Shown piece by piece: positions 29,499 to 38,239 of a stretch of DNA of 40,604 nucleotides. The notes under the pieces were generated by a model. It saw nothing but the letters and a program-made list of their open reading frames with translations. It did not search any database and was not told the origin of the DNA. The position numbers and the translations under genes are program-made. Where the stretch lies: IMG/VR virus record IMGVR_UViG_2778261089_000001, positions 1 to 40,604 of that record. One strand, 5' to 3'. Each line of letters begins with the position of its first letter. The first letter of the stretch is position 1. This DNA is from a virus (lineage: Duplodnaviria; Heunggongvirae; Uroviricota; Caudoviricetes).

Positions 29499-30125
29499 AT
29501 GGAAACGGTTGGTCAGCGTATAAAAGCTCTGAGAAGAGTTACCGGAACGTCCCAGAAAGAATTGGGTAAATTTTGTGGAGTAAGCGACGTTGCTGTGGGG
29601 TACTGGGAGAAAGACATCAATACCCCTGGTGGGGAGGCACTTTCGAAATTAGCGAAGTTCTTCAATACGTCAATAGATTACATTCTTTATGGTGCTGAGT
29701 TTGAAGGCAAACTCGTCACAAACATGCGCAGAGTTCCTGTAATATCGTGGGTTCAGGCTGGGCAGTTTACTGAGTGCAGGGCAGCAGAAGTGTTTAGTGA
29801 AGTGGACAAGTGGGTAGATACATCATTAAAGATTGGTGATAACTCATTTGCATTAGAGGTTAAAGGTGACTCCATGACTAACCCTAATGGCCTCCCAACA
29901 ATACCAGAAGGCGCAACAGTGATTGTAGATCCAGATGCAGAACCTCGTCATGGAAAAATAGTCATCGCTCGACTTGATGGAACAAACGAAGCTACAGTAA
30001 AAAAATTAGTCATCGATGGCCCTCAAAAGTTTTTAGTGCCATTAAATCCTCGGTATCCCAACATCCCTATCAATGGTAATTGCCTTATCATTGGTGTAGT
30101 CAAAGGAGTTCAATACGAACTCTAA
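29499..30125 (+). CDS. cI: CI-type repressor (HTH_XRE N-terminus, S24 LexA-like peptidase C-terminus)
   Basis: 208 aa; HTH QKELGKFCGVSDVAVGYWE; C-terminal S24 region with GDSM serine motif. Confidence 0.85.
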   Translation: METVGQRIKALRRVTGTSQKELGKFCGVSDVAVGYWEKDINTPGGEALSKLAKFFNTSIDYILYGAEFEGKLVTNMRRVPVISWVQAGQFTECRAAEVFSEVDKWVDTSLKIGDNSFALEVKGDSMTNPNGLPTIPEGATVIVDPDAEPRHGKIVIARLDGTNEATVKKLVIDGPQKFLVPLNPRYPNIPINGNCLIIGVVKGVQYEL

Positions 30126-30129
30126 GACC

Positions 30130-30200
30130 TCTCTTCTCTAACTAAGGCACCGAACTAAGAAAAGTTTGGTGTTTTCTCTTGCCATAATAACTAAGTTAAG
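30130..30200. promoter_or_regulatory. Second operator cluster (OL-like) downstream of cI
   Basis: Same ACTAAG motif family as OR recurs at 30141, 30153 and 30189. Confidence 0.4.
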
Positions 30201-30331
30201 TTAGATTTTATATCAAAGATAACGAACAGGCAGGACGCCCACGAAGTAGCCGCCTGGGGCATATGAAGTCCAGGATGATTCGTTGAGTCATGTTGTGCCA
30301 CCAGGCACTCATGTTAAAGCAGGTGTATGAA

Positions 30332-30607
30332 ATGAAAGTCCAGATTTTAAACAATAACTGTGAAGTCGTTTGGTCATACGACATAGCCGCCCCTGTAGAT
30401 CAGAGCGGCGATAGCTGGACCAATGGGAAACATCAGATTATGGCTGGAGTTGTGTTCTCTTTACGCCGTGCTTTGGAACAGGCTGAAGTATTTCCATCAG
30501 ACCCTGAATGGAAATGGCCTTTTTCTATTTGTCCAAATTCGGAGAGCACATTTCAGAAAATTGGTCAGAAAGTCGCACTCGAAGAGCATCAGCCAACTGT
30601 TTCCTGA
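30332..30607 (+). CDS. Hypothetical protein, first ORF of leftward early operon
   Basis: 92 aa from ATG with AGGTG RBS; no family recognised. Confidence 0.4.
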   Translation: MKVQILNNNCEVVWSYDIAAPVDQSGDSWTNGKHQIMAGVVFSLRRALEQAEVFPSDPEWKWPFSICPNSESTFQKIGQKVALEEHQPTVS

Positions 30608-30770
30608 TTTTTTCAGGTAACTCGTCGGCATCGCAGAAACAACAACGCTCGATCATGTTGAAAGCCGATTCGTAGAACTGTTTCTGCTGAGTGTCGCTGA
30701 GACAGGAAAAGAGCGACGTTACGATGATTTTATTAATTGCATTATCAAGTTCTTTTTCATCAAAAGTCAT
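30525..30770 (-). CDS. Hypothetical small Cys-containing protein
   Basis: 81-aa ORF convergent with and overlapping previous ORF; weak RBS. Confidence 0.25.
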   Translation of the reverse strand: MTFDEKELDNAINKIIVTSLFSCLSDTQQKQFYESAFNMIERCCFCDADELPEKIRKQLADALRVRLSDQFSEMCSPNLDK

Positions 30771-31025
30771 TTGATTTTCATTTTATGTATACGGGCTTAA
30801 AAGGATACCACCGAGCCTGAAGTGGTGAAAAGACAGGCACATAACAGCTAAGTATTTTCAACCAAAGAGAATCCTTAGCGTTGTGGTGAATGAGGCTCAG
30901 CGCACGCGGGTTAAGATTGAGGCTGACAGTCGACCTTCTGTGGATACCCACCCGTCTGGTGTGCAACCTTCGCCAGGCACCGGGAGGCACCCGGCACCAC
31001 AACTTTATGCTGTGTGTAGTCTTGG

Positions 31026-31068
31026 CGGTACCAGCTTGTACCCTTGCTTCCGGCTGGTACCGTCCTTT
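31026..31068 (+). terminator. Rho-independent terminator-like hairpin (10-bp stem CGGTACCAGC/GCTGGTACCG plus T-run)
   Basis: Perfect 10-bp stem, 17-nt loop, followed by TCCTTTTTA. Confidence 0.45.
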
Positions 31069-31070
31069 TT

Positions 31071-31159
31071 ACAAAACAGAGAAGAGCATCACCGGACGAC
31101 GGGCTCATAACCCAATCCATCCGGGCGGCTGCCACCGCAGGTGTTCTTCTCTGTTTTGT
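31071..31159 (+). ncRNA. Candidate structured RNA element: 15-bp perfect inverted repeat enclosing a 59-nt GC-rich segment
   Basis: ACAAAACAGAGAAGA at 31071-31085 pairs with TCTTCTCTGTTTTGT at 31145-31159; region lacks a convincing ORF. Confidence 0.35.
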
Positions 31160-31283
31160 GGAGAAACTAACCGCCCCTACGGGGGCATTTATGGAAATGT
31201 AATTAACTCAATAATCGCCGGACGGTGAGGGCTTCCTTTTACCCGAGTTCAGCGCGGTGCAGCGCATATACGTGGAGAACAAA

Positions 31284-31820
31284 ATGTCATTTATTAAAAC
31301 TTTTTCCGGGAAGCATTTCTATTATGACAGGATAAATAAAAACGACATCGTTATTAACGATATCGCGGTTTCCCTTTCAAATATCTGTCGCTTTGCAGGA
31401 CATCTTTCACACTTCTACAGTGTCGCCCAACATGCGGTGCTTTGCAGCCAGTTGGTGCCGCAGGAATTTGCTTTTGAAGCTTTAATGCATGATGCAACAG
31501 AAGCGTATTGCCAGGACATCCCCGCACCACTGAAACGACTTCTTCCTGACTATAAACGGATGGAAGAAAAAATAGACGCCGTAATCCGTGAGAAATACGG
31601 GTTACCTCCTGTTATGAGCACGCCAGTGAAATATGCCGATCTCATCATGCTGGCAACCGAACGCCGCGATCTCGGGCTTGATGATGGCTCTTTCTGGCCT
31701 GTGCTGGAAGGTATCCCGGCAACAGAGATGTTCAACGTGATTCCACTGGCTCCAGGCCATGCCTACGGGATGTTTATGGAACGCTTTAACGAATTATCGG
31801 AGTTACGCAAATGCGCATGA
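31284..31820 (+). CDS. HD-domain phosphohydrolase-like protein
   Basis: H...HD motif (HFYSVAQHAV...MHDATEAY); start taken at MSFIKT. Confidence 0.5.
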   Translation: MSFIKTFSGKHFYYDRINKNDIVINDIAVSLSNICRFAGHLSHFYSVAQHAVLCSQLVPQEFAFEALMHDATEAYCQDIPAPLKRLLPDYKRMEEKIDAVIREKYGLPPVMSTPVKYADLIMLATERRDLGLDDGSFWPVLEGIPATEMFNVIPLAPGHAYGMFMERFNELSELRKCA

Positions 31821-32173
31821 ATGTTTTCGAAATGGAAGGGTTTCTTCGCGGGAAATGTGTACCGCGAGATCTGAAAGTGAACGAAACAAATGCTGAGTAC
31901 CTGGTACGTAAATTCGACGCGCTTGAAGCTAAATGTGCGGCACTGGAAAGCAAAATAATACCAGTGTCAGCTGAACTGCCACCAGCAAATGAAAGTGTTC
32001 TGTTATTTGATGCTAACGGAGAAGGCTGGCTGATTGGCTGGCGTTCTCTCTGGTACACCTGGGGACAAAAAGAAACCGGAGAATGGCAGTGGACATTTCA
32101 GGTCGGGGACCTTGAAAACGTCAATATCACTCACTGGGCAGTAATACCGAAAGCACCGGAGACTAAGAAATGA
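31811..32173 (+). CDS. DUF551-like phage protein (Trp-rich C-terminus)
   Basis: 120 aa; C-terminal GWLIGWRSLWYTWG...WQW. Confidence 0.45.
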   Translation: MRMNVFEMEGFLRGKCVPRDLKVNETNAEYLVRKFDALEAKCAALESKIIPVSAELPPANESVLLFDANGEGWLIGWRSLWYTWGQKETGEWQWTFQVGDLENVNITHWAVIPKAPETKK

Positions 32174-32385
32174 GCGTGATAAAAACTCATACAGGAATTG
32201 TTATCACCCGAGACGGTGAAAAGCGGATGAAATTACATTCCACTGAAACGTCCTGGGTTGCCGGACGTTGTGAATCCTATGACAAAAAGACTGGTTACCG
32301 TTGGGGTGCACCTAACATGCGTCGCCGTCTGCTACTGGACAGCATCAGGCCAATAAAACAGGTAGCAACCAGGGAACAAAATTAA
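32170..32385 (+). CDS. Hypothetical small protein
   Basis: 71-aa ORF translationally coupled to DUF551-like gene. Confidence 0.35.
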   Translation: MSVIKTHTGIVITRDGEKRMKLHSTETSWVAGRCESYDKKTGYRWGAPNMRRRLLLDSIRPIKQVATREQN

Positions 32386-32432
32386 TTATCAGGACTGGAA
32401 TTTGATATTACTGCCCGTGTGCAGCGGGCTAA

Positions 32433-32651
32433 GTGGAGAAACATATGCTGAACCTCGATTGTGTTCCAATCTCAACTTATTGCAAAGAAACTGGCGAAAC
32501 TCCTGAAGCAATAAACAAACGTGTACAGCGCGGTGTTTGGCGTGAAGGTGTTCAGGTTTTAAAGGTTGAAGGCGTTAAGGAGAGGTGGATTGACCTTAGT
32601 GAGGTTGCAAAATGGGCCAGACAAAACTGCTCAAACTACCGCGCGGCGTAA
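32433..32651 (+). CDS. xis: Excisionase-like protein
   Basis: 72-aa basic protein immediately upstream of and overlapping integrase. Confidence 0.6.
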   Translation: MEKHMLNLDCVPISTYCKETGETPEAINKRVQRGVWREGVQVLKVEGVKERWIDLSEVAKWARQNCSNYRAA

Positions 32652-33778
32652 CAATCAGGAAACACCGCCAGGGCGAAACGATCAATATAACTTTCACCTA
32701 CAAAGGAGTTAAATGTCGTGAGCCTCTTTCCAATCTGGAAGTAACACCAAAGAACATTAAATACGCCGAGCGTACACTCGGCGAAATCCATAATAAGATC
32801 GAAAAGGGAACATTCATTTATGCAGAATATTTTCCCCGTTCTGCTCGTTTGAAAATTTTTGGTAATGCTGCTGCAGGCAAAACGGTAAAGATGTACCTGG
32901 ACGAATATCTTGAAATCTGCGAAACAAGAAAACTTTCACCCTCTACGATTGGTGGCTATAAAAAATGCCGTAGGGCGTTAGCCTCACTTCACATTTGCCC
33001 TGCAAGTGAATTAACACCAGCAACCCTGAAAGCGTGGATTCAAAGCCAGAAAACAACCTTAAAAACCATTCGCAACCAGTTATCTTTCCTGCGGTCAGCA
33101 CTTGATGAAGCCGTGACCGATGGGGTACTTCAAATTAACCCCGTATCGTTAGTAACAGCTTCGCGCTACCAAAGTGATAAGTCAGAAGCAGAAAGCAGCT
33201 ATGTGGTTGATCCGCTATCACCAGCAGAAGTTGATGCATTACTAGCAGCAGCCGGAAACAAACAATGGGAAAATCTGTTCCGGTTCGCTATACATACAGG
33301 CCTGCGTAGTTCTGAACTATGTGCCCTTCGATGGCGTGATATCGACTTTGTTGGAAAAACTGCCCATGTCCAGAGCGCAAGTGTTGTCGGTGTTATCAAA
33401 GGAACAAAGACAAAAGCCGGTACTCGTAAAGTTGAACTGACAGAAGAGGCTATGTTGGCGCTGATAAATCAGAAGCCATTTACATTCATGAAGGATGCTA
33501 CTGTCTTTGAAGATCCAAAGACCAATAAGCCTTGGGCAAGTGCTGATGCAATCAGGAAAAAAGCATGGGTGCCAACATTGCGAAAAGCAGGTATTCGTTA
33601 CAGAAACCCATATCAAACCAGGCATACATTCGCCACCAGCCATATCAGTCGGGGTGCAAATTTGTTTTGGCTTGCGGCTCAAATGGGTCATAAAGGGCCA
33701 GAAATGCTTTTCAGACACTATGGCTCATATTTGAAGGAATATGATGGACAAGCAAGCCTGAAGAAGATAAAAATATAA
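32612..33778 (+). CDS. int: Tyrosine integrase (phage integrase family)
   Basis: 388 aa; arm-binding-type N-terminus, C-terminal catalytic region with R...HxxR...Y pattern. Confidence 0.9.
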   Translation: MGQTKLLKLPRGVTIRKHRQGETINITFTYKGVKCREPLSNLEVTPKNIKYAERTLGEIHNKIEKGTFIYAEYFPRSARLKIFGNAAAGKTVKMYLDEYLEICETRKLSPSTIGGYKKCRRALASLHICPASELTPATLKAWIQSQKTTLKTIRNQLSFLRSALDEAVTDGVLQINPVSLVTASRYQSDKSEAESSYVVDPLSPAEVDALLAAAGNKQWENLFRFAIHTGLRSSELCALRWRDIDFVGKTAHVQSASVVGVIKGTKTKAGTRKVELTEEAMLALINQKPFTFMKDATVFEDPKTNKPWASADAIRKKAWVPTLRKAGIRYRNPYQTRHTFATSHISRGANLFWLAAQMGHKGPEMLFRHYGSYLKEYDGQASLKKIKI

Positions 33779-33835
33779 CCCATGTCTGAACTGTTGGCCA
33801 CCATTTGTGGCCATTTCATTGAACAAGGTACACAC

Positions 33836-35569
33836 ATGGCAAATCAAATAACTAAACTAAAAAAAATAAACGTTGTAAAATTCCGGGGGCTAAAAAATAT
33901 AAATATAGAATTTGGAACTCGCCTAACTGTTATTTGTGGGAAAAATGGCACATCTAAATCAACAATTCTTGGTATTATCGCCCAGATTTTCAGTTTTACA
34001 AAAGACTTATCTAAGAATCCTGAGATTGATTTAACACAATATAAGACATTAACTAATGGCAACTTCAAGTCAGCTTTCAGTGAGCATTTTAGACTCTCAG
34101 AACAATTTGATACTGCTGGTTCAATGGACGTCAAGATTAGTGTCTATGATGGAGCATTTAACAAACATCTTGAAAAACTAACATTGGGTCTATACAGTTC
34201 CAGCGACAGGGATAAATCAAGACCAATAGTCAGGGGTAATGATTCTATCCCGGGGAAAAACCAAAGTAGAAACGTTACCCATCCTGTTATTTTTTTAAGC
34301 TTAGCCAGGCTTCTCCCTATTACCCTTCGTACTGATTACTCAACAAGAGATGTTGAGTATATCAAGAAAAATGCTGATGATATAAGAATAATGAGTAATC
34401 AACTCTTATTAAAAAACAATGGATGTTCAGTAACAGCCACAAAAGGGATTATTGATTCAATGGTTGTACATGGTGATAATTATGACTACCAATCAGTTTC
34501 TGTTGGTGAAGATAATGTAGGACAATTAATCCAAGCAATATTTTCGTTTAAAAGGCTGAAAGAACTGTATGATGACTATCATGGAGGTATTTTATTAATT
34601 GATGAAGCGGATGCAGGTCTCTTCCCTGCGGCTCAGTTAGAATTAATTAACATCCTAACCAAAGCTGCTAAAAAATATGATTTGCAAATAATCATGACAT
34701 CTCATTCCCCACTAATAATTGAAGATGTTTTCAATCGTTCCAAACAAGACCCCAAAGGCTTCAAAACAATCTACCTAACAGATACTTATGGTGATATAAA
34801 AACAAAAGATAACTTATCATGGGCTGATATAAATGCGGATTTACATGTTGAGACGGTAAAAATCGATGATAAGATTAGTCTTCCAAAAGCTAACGTTTAT
34901 TTTGAAGATAAAGAAGGCTTTGATTTTTTCAAACAATTGATAACTGACAGAAGAATAAAAAAAATATTAAATCCATTAGGAAATATAAATATTAGCTGCT
35001 CTGCCATTTTGGATTTAATGGCAAGAAAAATCCCTGAATTTACAATTAAAAGTCTGGTGGTCTTAGACGGCGATGTTGCTCTAGATAACAGTGATAATGC
35101 AAAAAAAGCAAAAAAAGAGAAAAGCTTATGCTTACTTCCAAGCATCCTACCTCCAGACCAAATGATTTTCGAATTTTTATATAATTTACCTCCTGATGAT
35201 GTATATTGGAACAATACAAATAGGTTCACAAAAGCTGTATTTTTGAGAATAGCTAAAGATATAATCACATCATTAAAGATAGGTAACTACCCTATTAACT
35301 TACAAAACTTAATAGATAATTATAGAAAAGAAAATCAAAACCATGGTGGAACGGTTAGAAAACTTTTTAAAGATTTTGCACACACGCCTCAATTTCAGGC
35401 TCTAGTCAAAGGACGAGTTAAAAATAACCCATATCGATATTGGGTCAAGAAAAATCCTGAGCAATCTGATCGTTTCAGGAATGAACTAATAAAGAGCCTT
35501 AAAGTTATTATGACAAGTGGACATGGTGTTGATTCTGCTACCATCTCATCATATCTTTCAGATAACTAA
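33836..35569 (+). CDS. OLD-family-like ABC ATPase (Walker A GKNGTSKST, Walker B LLIDEADAG) with C-terminal Toprim-like region
   Basis: P-loop, D-loop and SHSP motifs; C-terminal EDKEG and VVLDGD acidic motifs; AT-rich; ORF track start at 33782. Confidence 0.65.
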   Translation: MANQITKLKKINVVKFRGLKNINIEFGTRLTVICGKNGTSKSTILGIIAQIFSFTKDLSKNPEIDLTQYKTLTNGNFKSAFSEHFRLSEQFDTAGSMDVKISVYDGAFNKHLEKLTLGLYSSSDRDKSRPIVRGNDSIPGKNQSRNVTHPVIFLSLARLLPITLRTDYSTRDVEYIKKNADDIRIMSNQLLLKNNGCSVTATKGIIDSMVVHGDNYDYQSVSVGEDNVGQLIQAIFSFKRLKELYDDYHGGILLIDEADAGLFPAAQLELINILTKAAKKYDLQIIMTSHSPLIIEDVFNRSKQDPKGFKTIYLTDTYGDIKTKDNLSWADINADLHVETVKIDDKISLPKANVYFEDKEGFDFFKQLITDRRIKKILNPLGNINISCSAILDLMARKIPEFTIKSLVVLDGDVALDNSDNAKKAKKEKSLCLLPSILPPDQMIFEFLYNLPPDDVYWNNTNRFTKAVFLRIAKDIITSLKIGNYPINLQNLIDNYRKENQNHGGTVRKLFKDFAHTPQFQALVKGRVKNNPYRYWVKKNPEQSDRFRNELIKSLKVIMTSGHGVDSATISSYLSDN

Positions 35570-35649
35570 TTGATTAAAAAGGGTTTTATGTGATGTCCAT
35601 AAAGCCCTTTTTTTTGATATACTCTAGATCTGACATTTAGAGGTATCAT

Positions 35650-36549
35650 ATGCGTTTTAACACCCCACTTCGCTATCCTGGCGGTAAAGGCAAGCTTGCA
35701 AATTTCATACTTCGGATTATTGAAGAAAATAATCTTTCGCCTATACATTATGCCGAACCATATGCTGGAGGGGCTGGCTTAGCATTGAAACTTTTACATT
35801 TAAATGCAGCTGAAAAAATCATCCTTAATGATATTAATATTTCTGTTTATGCTTTTTGGTACAGTGTATTAAATCATGCAGATCAATTATGTTCTTTAAT
35901 TGAAAGAACTGAAGTTACAATGGATGAATGGTTTAAGCAGAAAGATATAATTAATAATCCGAAAGACCATGATCTTTTAACAATTGGTTTCTCAACCTTT
36001 TTTCTCAATAGAACAAATCGTTCTGGAATATTAAAAGGTGGAGTAATTGGCGGTAAAAATCAAGAAGGAAAATGGAAGCTTGACGCTCGCTATAATAAGA
36101 GTGATTTGATTTCTCGAATCCATAAAATATCAGAAAATCGTCACAGAATAGATTTATATAACATGGATGCAATTGATTTCATTGAAAAAATAGTCATTCA
36201 ATTGCCACAAAACTCATTAACATATTTGGATCCACCTTATTACATAAAAGGTAAAGGTTTATATATCAACCATTATGATCATGATGATCATGTTAGGGTT
36301 GCAAAAGTCGTACAGAATAATATTAAAACGCCTTGGATTGTTTCTTACGATAACACTCCTGAGATCCAAGCTATGTATAAGACATCATCATTAGTATATG
36401 GAATAAACTACAGTGCTCAAGATCGGTACAAAGGATCTGAGGTAATGTTCTTCAGTGAACGGTTGAAAATCTTTAAAACAGATGATCCAACTAAGGTAAA
36501 AGCACCTGTATTTAAAAGAGGATATGTTGACGACCACATCCAGACATAA
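35650..36549 (+). CDS. D12-class N6-adenine DNA methyltransferase (Dam-like)
   Basis: Motifs RYPGGK, EPYAGGAG and catalytic DPPY; AT-rich. Confidence 0.85.
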   Translation: MRFNTPLRYPGGKGKLANFILRIIEENNLSPIHYAEPYAGGAGLALKLLHLNAAEKIILNDINISVYAFWYSVLNHADQLCSLIERTEVTMDEWFKQKDIINNPKDHDLLTIGFSTFFLNRTNRSGILKGGVIGGKNQEGKWKLDARYNKSDLISRIHKISENRHRIDLYNMDAIDFIEKIVIQLPQNSLTYLDPPYYIKGKGLYINHYDHDDHVRVAKVVQNNIKTPWIVSYDNTPEIQAMYKTSSLVYGINYSAQDRYKGSEVMFFSERLKIFKTDDPTKVKAPVFKRGYVDDHIQT

Positions 36550-36621
36550 AAGGAGCCGCAAAAGATCCGCAGAATAAAATAGTTAGTATTAATCGTTTTA
36601 TTTCAGCTAATTATAAAAATA

Positions 36622-36654
36622 CGGACTCGGGTTCAACTCCCGCCAGCTCCACCA
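36622..36654 (+). other. ssrA: tmRNA (ssrA) 3'-end fragment = attachment-site core at prophage boundary
   Basis: CGGACTCGGGTTCAACTCCCGCCAGCTCCACCA matches the ssrA 3' acceptor/T-arm; no full ssrA upstream (MTase gene occupies that space). Confidence 0.8.
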
Positions 36655-36701
36655 AAATTCTCCATCGGTGATTACCAGAGTCATCCGATGAAGTCCTAAG
36701 A

Positions 36702-36733
36702 GCCCGCACGGCGCAAGCCCTGCGGGCTTTTTT
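36702..36733 (+). terminator. Rho-independent terminator (native ssrA downstream terminator)
   Basis: GCCCGCA...TGCGGGC stem followed by TTTTTTG. Confidence 0.65.
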
Positions 36734-36787
36734 GTGCCCTCAATTTGTCCCGCGAAGTCCGAAGAAAACTAATTAAATCCGATCCTT

Positions 36788-36841
36788 TTAGGCACCTTGT
36801 TAGGCACCTCATAAAGCTTTATTGTTTTTTGAGGTGCCTAA
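36788..36841. repeat. Three copies of TTAGGCACC (two direct, one inverted) upstream of integrase
   Basis: Copies at 36788-36796, 36800-36808 and inverted at 36833-36841. Confidence 0.6.
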
Positions 36842-36859
36842 AACTATGGAAACCCGGCA

Positions 36860-38101
36860 ATGGCAAGACAAACCAAACCTCTATCCGTTAAAGAAATAGA
36901 ATCAGCCAAACCCAAGGAGGCGGACTACGTTCTCTATGATGGCGATGGCCTTGAGCTACTCATTAAATCCAGCGGGAGTAAAATCTGGCAGTTTCGCTAC
37001 ATTCGCCCTGTCACCAAGAAACGAGCAAAGAAGAGCATAGGCTCCTACCCGTCAGTTACCCTTGCCGATGCCAGAAACTACCGTGCAGAGTCCCGCTCAC
37101 TACTGGCTAAACAGATCGATCCGCAGGAACATCAGCAAGAACAATTGCGCAGTTCGCTGGAAGCCAAAACCAACACTTTCCAACTCGTAGCTGAACGTTG
37201 GTGGAATGTGAAGAAAGCCAGTGTGACAGAGGACTATGCGGAAGATATCTGGCGCTCTCTTGAAAGAGACGTCTTTCCTGCGATTGGCGACGTTAGCGTT
37301 ACAGATATTAAAGCTCATACACTGGTTCAGGCCGTACAACCGGTTCAGGCCAGAGGAGCACTGGAAACTGTTCGTCGCCTGTGCCAACGTATTAATGAGG
37401 TCATGATCTATGCCCAGAACACAGGGCTGATTGATGCTGTTCCCAGCGTTAATATCGGTAAAGCCTTCGAGAAGCCTCAGAAAAAGAACATGCCCAGCAT
37501 TCGACCGGATCAGCTACCTCAGTTAATGCAGACGATGCGAACAGCCAGCATTAGCCTTTCCACACGCTGCCTGTTCATGTGGCAACTTCTTACTATTACC
37601 CGCCCTGCCGAAGCGGCTGAAGCTCTCTGGGAAGAGGTAGACATAGAAGCGCGAGAGTGGAAGATTCCTGCAGCACGCATGAAAATGAACCGCGACCATA
37701 CTGTTCCATTGTCAGATGAAGCAATTGCGATACTAGAGATGATGAAGCCGTTAAGTGGAAATCGAGAATTTATCTTTCCCAGCCGCATCAAGCCAAACCA
37801 GCCGATGAACAGTCAGACCGTAAACGCATCGCTAAAACGCGCAGGTTTTGGTGGGGTGCTCGTTTCACACGGCCTGCGATCTATCGCCAGTACAGCCCTT
37901 AATGAGCAGGGATTTCCACCTGATGTTATTGAGGCTGCACTTGCTCATGTGGATAAGAATGAGGTTCGTCGTGCGTATAACCGTAGTGATTATCTTGAGC
38001 AGCGACGGCCTATGATGCAGTGGTGGGCTGATTTTGTGATGGCTGCAGATCACGGTAGTATGATTGAAGGAGGGATAAAGGCAATGCGGTTAGTTGGATG
38101 A
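36860..38101 (+). CDS. intA: Tyrosine integrase, P4/CP4-57 IntA-like
   Basis: 413 aa; N-terminus MARQTKPLS...YDGDGLELLIKSSGSKIWQFRY typical of P4-type integrases. Confidence 0.85.
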   Translation: MARQTKPLSVKEIESAKPKEADYVLYDGDGLELLIKSSGSKIWQFRYIRPVTKKRAKKSIGSYPSVTLADARNYRAESRSLLAKQIDPQEHQQEQLRSSLEAKTNTFQLVAERWWNVKKASVTEDYAEDIWRSLERDVFPAIGDVSVTDIKAHTLVQAVQPVQARGALETVRRLCQRINEVMIYAQNTGLIDAVPSVNIGKAFEKPQKKNMPSIRPDQLPQLMQTMRTASISLSTRCLFMWQLLTITRPAEAAEALWEEVDIEAREWKIPAARMKMNRDHTVPLSDEAIAILEMMKPLSGNREFIFPSRIKPNQPMNSQTVNASLKRAGFGGVLVSHGLRSIASTALNEQGFPPDVIEAALAHVDKNEVRRAYNRSDYLEQRRPMMQWWADFVMAADHGSMIEGGIKAMRLVG

Positions 38102-38181
38102 CATGTCGTAGCTAAAACCCGTTCTGTTTTTGGGTAGATTAACCTGAAGGTCTGCAATTTTAAATGACGCTGAAAGAAGTT

Positions 38182-38208
38182 AAACCCTGCTCTTAAGCAG
38201 GGTTTTTA
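38182..38208 (+). terminator. Rho-independent terminator (possibly bidirectional) between int and convergent large ORF
   Basis: CCCTGC-TCTTAA-GCAGGG followed by TTTTTAT. Confidence 0.6.
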
Positions 38209-38239
38209 TGATTTATTCTAATTTTGGTTTTGAATCTTT

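Larger units (their letters stand above)
1..36654. mobile_element. Prophage, mosaic lambdoid type (Mu-like tail, HK97-like head, lambda-like lysis and regulation); left end lies outside the window, right end at the ssrA 3'-end att fragment
   Basis: Contiguous phage structural, lysis, regulatory and integration genes; partial ssrA 3' end at 36622-36654 immediately after int-proximal cargo. Confidence 0.85.

Noticed and set aside
30880-31170. Retron msr/msd-like ncRNA flanked by inverted repeats
   Set aside because: No reverse transcriptase gene nearby; inverted repeat and hairpins are better explained as terminator or antitermination RNA structure
30890-31228. 112-aa plus-strand ORF as a possible N-like antiterminator
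   Set aside because: Translation lacks an Arg-rich N-terminal motif, overlaps the structured GC-rich region, and competing ORFs occur in other frames
36300-36654. Complete ssrA (tmRNA) gene
   Set aside because: Only the last ~33 nt match ssrA; the upstream ~330 bp are occupied by the methyltransferase coding sequence
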